Shown here piece by piece: positions 60,341-64,000 of a DNA stretch of 64,000 nucleotides. The position numbers and the translations under genes were made by a program. The notes below the pieces were generated by a model that was not told where the DNA came from, did not search any database, and saw only the letters and a program-made list of their open reading frames with translations. Source of the stretch: Paraspadella gotoi (Eukaryota > Animalia > Chaetognatha). How positions within the stretch are numbered: position 1 is the first letter of the stretch; the number at the start of each line of letters is the position of its first letter. Where the stretch lies: the NCBI GenBank assembly GCA_051294375.1, contig CM119271.1, forward strand, positions 552,721 to 616,720, given 5' to 3'.

Positions 60341-60852
60341 AAACAAGTTTGAGCGAACAATATCGGATCTGCCCACGATCATTTGCGGTAAGTAGCTGAT
60401 CAGATAAGTAATTAATTAATTACAAAATAATTAATTAATGAATTTCTTATTTATTAATAATTAATTAATGCAGCTTGAATTTACATTTAATATAAAAATA
60501 AAAAAAGCATAATCAAATATTTAAATTTTTTTTTTCCATTTTAACTCATTTCCACTCGGACATTTCCATCGAAACTTGATTTCCTGCTCAATCACACACA
60601 TACAAAATTTCAAGTTTATCGCCCCACAAAATCATGATTAATGGGCGTTCAAAGCTAAGGGAGGACGGACGAACAGACGGACGGACAGACAGACAGATTT
60701 ACGAACGGACATCAATTTTTTTGCATAATATATCATAATTCGATGTTCTGACTTGATTCAAGTGACTTAACGACAAGATTGTGGGGGCGGACCGAGGGAC
60801 CGACAAAGTGAATTAAAGAGCCGGAATCTGCTGTAAGCAGATCCGGCTAAAA
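60341..60852 (+). mobile_element. Family A HINE-like element
   Basis: Both termini, single core, (GGAC/AGAC)n tract; terminal hairpin variant GCCGGAATCTGCTGTAAGCAGATCCGGC. Confidence 0.7.
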
Positions 60853-61428
60853 ATCTTTACAAGTTTGCATATGACGATTTTTTATAGCGGCGGGTTGATG
60901 TGTGTCGGACCAAGATTCCTCAAATGAGTAAATTCGTCGCGTTTCAAAGGTTCGATTACTCGCGTAAATATGAACTTTTCTATCATTTCGATATTATATA
61001 ATAAGTAGATAAATTATTGAAAAATAAAGCCATAATCAATGATTAATCAATAATCATATCAGTTGTCAATACTGATTTTTTAAAAATATTTTTTAGAGCA
61101 AACTCCGTAGGTTCAATAACGTTCAATTCAAAAATATCACGAAAAATATCCATAATTTTTTCCAAAACATACTATTTTCAAGAATCTAGTATTAGATTCA
61201 CTCAAATAAAACTAAAAATAGTAATTAAAAAGTAATTAAAAGAACCCGATTACATCGAAAACTTTTTACAGCTGATTCAGAGAAGCACGCGATGACAGCA
61301 GCAACAACGAGGAGGAAACATGTTTTTGGAGGAGAATAAAATCGTCTCAATATTTTTGTCTTTTTTTCTTAATTTCCAATCTCAAATAATCTTCTAATCA
61401 CCAAAACAAAAGACAACCTAAAAACATT

Positions 61429-63122
61429 ATGTCATCGGAGAGGGCGTCCTTCTTCAAGTCGCGCGATTTCAGACTGGCCATTTGTTTGTCCGGAAATGCA
61501 TTTTTGTTTGTCGGATTCGCTTTGAATCTCCCGCTTTTTTTCGAAGACTGGAAACGCGAGTTTGAAGGTAAAAAAAGAGTCTTTTTACCTAAAAGATAAA
61601 GGGACGAATGTTTCAGTATACCGGGTTTCAAAATGATCCCAGGCGGTTATGGTAAAATTTAGCCGAGGACGCAATGAAAAGAAACCAGCTAATTGCCAAT
61701 AAGGTATATATTAATTAGTATATTATGTTCTTGATACATTTTTTATAATCATACCAATTTTTAACAGATTATATTAATATCTTCTGCTCAAATGATTTTT
61801 TTAATAGCTGCAAGACCCTGTATTTTCTCTTTCCAACTTTTCTCGTTCCTCATTCACGCATCCTGACTTCACCTTTCCTCATTCCCCAAAACTCTATCAC
61901 TAGTAATTCTGCTCCCAACCCCATCTTTCTACTCCAGCCTCCAGCAGCGCCATCTCCGTCATTAACTCCATCTCGGGTGGCATCGGTCCTGCCCTCTCTC
62001 TCTTCGCTTCCTTTGCCTTTAACGCTGGATTGAAGCCGTGGGTGGCCCAGGTTTACCAAAATATGTTTATTTTAGAGGAGTTTCAAACTATACACTAAAT
62101 TAGTTACTAATCAAATTTGTATAGATATAAACGAGTTTTAGAATGTACTAAATATAATAGAAAATAATAAAAAGTATTAAATAACTAAATATAACGAAAT
62201 ATAACATAAACTTTAGAATTAAATTAAGCCAACTATTCTATTAGTTTCAAAATACTCAAAAAAATTTTAGAAATACATTTAAGAATTTGAAAGTAATCCA
62301 AAGAAATAAACTTTGAGAATTTAAAAAGTTTAAATTTAAAAAGTTAAAAAAAGAAAATCCAAGCTTAACCATACTTCCGTCGACCCAGACGATTGCCGGC
62401 GCCGTCTTCGGAGTTTCGCTGACGGCGGCCTCGTGGGCGTCGTCCCTCTGGACGCTCGTCATCGTCGGCAGCGTCATCCCATTCGCCTGTTCGCCGCTCG
62501 TGATGTTGGCCGGTTACGTCGCCGTCGCGCAGCAGGTGAGAGGTCTTCAAGGCTGCAGCTGTCTGCAGAAGCGTAGGTATCCGTAGAGCCGCAGGTGTCT
62601 GCAGGGAGCTTTAATCTGCACAGCCTGCAGGAATCTAAGTTTCTCCCCATCCTCAGTTTTCACGCCATCTTTTAGTACATTCTATACATTTGTATACATT
62701 TGTATACATTTGTATACAAACAAAACACAGCCTTTTCAATATATCTGCCTCCCTTCCCCACCCCTCCCCCGGCAGGCCCAAGAGCGACACCGCCATCTCT
62801 GCAACGTCGTTTTCGTCACCGGCGTCGGCGCCGGGAAACTCGGCATGGCGTACTTGTTGGCGTGGCTGCGTCAAGAATTTACGTGGCGAGGCGCGTTTCT
62901 AATCGCCGGCGGTCTCGGGTTTAACATCTGCGTCTTGGCCCGATTAACGATACTGGCGGCGGCAGAGTCAGCGGCGCCGAGGAACGAAGCCGCAGAGCCG
63001 CTGCGCCGCCGGAAAAATCAACCGGAAAAGTCACGTCGATGGAATCTGCGGAAAATCGTCGACGTTTCTCTTCTTTTCGATCGGAAGTGTCAATTTTTGC
63101 TGGCGGCGAAAGTGACCGCATG
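61429..63122 (+). CDS. SLC16/monocarboxylate transporter-like MFS protein, first 4 exons (61429-61567, 61938-62050, 62389-62535, 62776-63122); continues beyond the window
   Basis: Hydrophobic TM segments; FFEDWKREFEASSSAISVINSI and WLRQEFTWRGAFLIAGGLGFNICV match the SLC16 TM1-2 and TM5-6 (WRG...GG...N.CV) motifs; phases compatible. Confidence 0.8.
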
Positions 63123-64000
63123 GTAAAAATAAATAAATAAGTGAAAAAAATTGAATAAATAAATAAAATTAAATAAATGAATAGAGGCAATTTGGTTTCA
63201 TGTTTCATGTTCAAAAACAACGAAAAAGAAAGGTTATTATCACTATGTCAATAAATGAATAAAAATAAATTTATAAATAGAGTTCTTCAATCGCCTCGCG
63301 TTAAATATACTTATGCTATGTATTTAAATTAATTAATAGATTAATTTATATTAATAATTTAATAGAATATAGATATAAATTATATCAGCTTTGTCATCAT
63401 CGGATCTGTCCTTAAAATTGAGTAGGACAGTTATAGATGTGGTACATTTTTATCAAAAACAAACAAATATCCCTTGTATTATCGGCGAAGTCCTAGCAGC
63501 GGCGCACTATTGGAAGCCTGCCGTTCGCCTGTGTCTGAGATTTTTTTTCGTCTTTGTTATCGCTTTCGTCCTCCGCTTTTTTGCATTCATGGCTTCTTGA
63601 AAGTGTTGATTATCATAGCGGAGTTGAAGTTTTCTATATATGGCTTTGCTAAGTCATCAAGATCTTTAAAATTCTCATGTTTTTTCAATATCAATATTAT
63701 GGTATTGTGTTTTATGTTTTATACAAAACTGAAAAACGTTTTTTAATTATATGGTCGCTTCTCTGCTCTTTCTCTTCTCTTTTTCTCCGTCACTGTCTTT
63801 CTTACGTAAAAAACGTATGTTCCCGGCGTCTGCAGCGTCTGTCCAGCTTCTTTCATCTCTCTCTTCTCTCTCTCTCTCTCTTTTTTTTTTAGCGAAAAAA
63901 TTTTTATATAGTAATGTTGGGTTCACTAATGTATAAAAAAGCGATTGCGCGCGAACAGGCGCGACCGCGGTGTCCTTTGGGGTTTTATAGAGAATAGCTC

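Overview
AT-rich, intron-containing eukaryotic DNA, most consistent with an invertebrate animal: GT-AG introns, (AG)n microsatellites, CpG-rich exons. No prokaryotic features, CRISPR arrays or rRNA were seen. Genes I could reconstruct by hand with phase-compatible splice sites: TTC36 (+, 5 exons); an intronless 9-finger C2H2 zinc-finger gene (+); a 2-exon small secreted cationic peptide gene present as an inverted pair; a large QRICH2/C16orf96-like (DUF4795) gene (-); a 10-exon, highly divergent Cys-loop (nAChR-like) channel subunit lacking the acetylcholine aromatic box (-); a 5-exon orphan secreted protein ending in RSKR plus a short acidic peptide (-); and the 5' half of an SLC16/MCT-like transporter (+). 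About 11.1-28.4 kb consists of indel-riddled near-copies of 5.6-11.1 kb next to 25-N gaps and is probably largely a gap-filling artefact. Introns and intergenic DNA carry several Helentron/DINE-1-like element families with internal minisatellites, a TA-flanked TIR element, a TIR element built around a tRNA-Gly-like core, a tRNA-Asn gene split by an insertion with a 4-bp duplication, and an exon-junction-derived minisatellite. All family assignments come from motif recognition by eye, not database searches.
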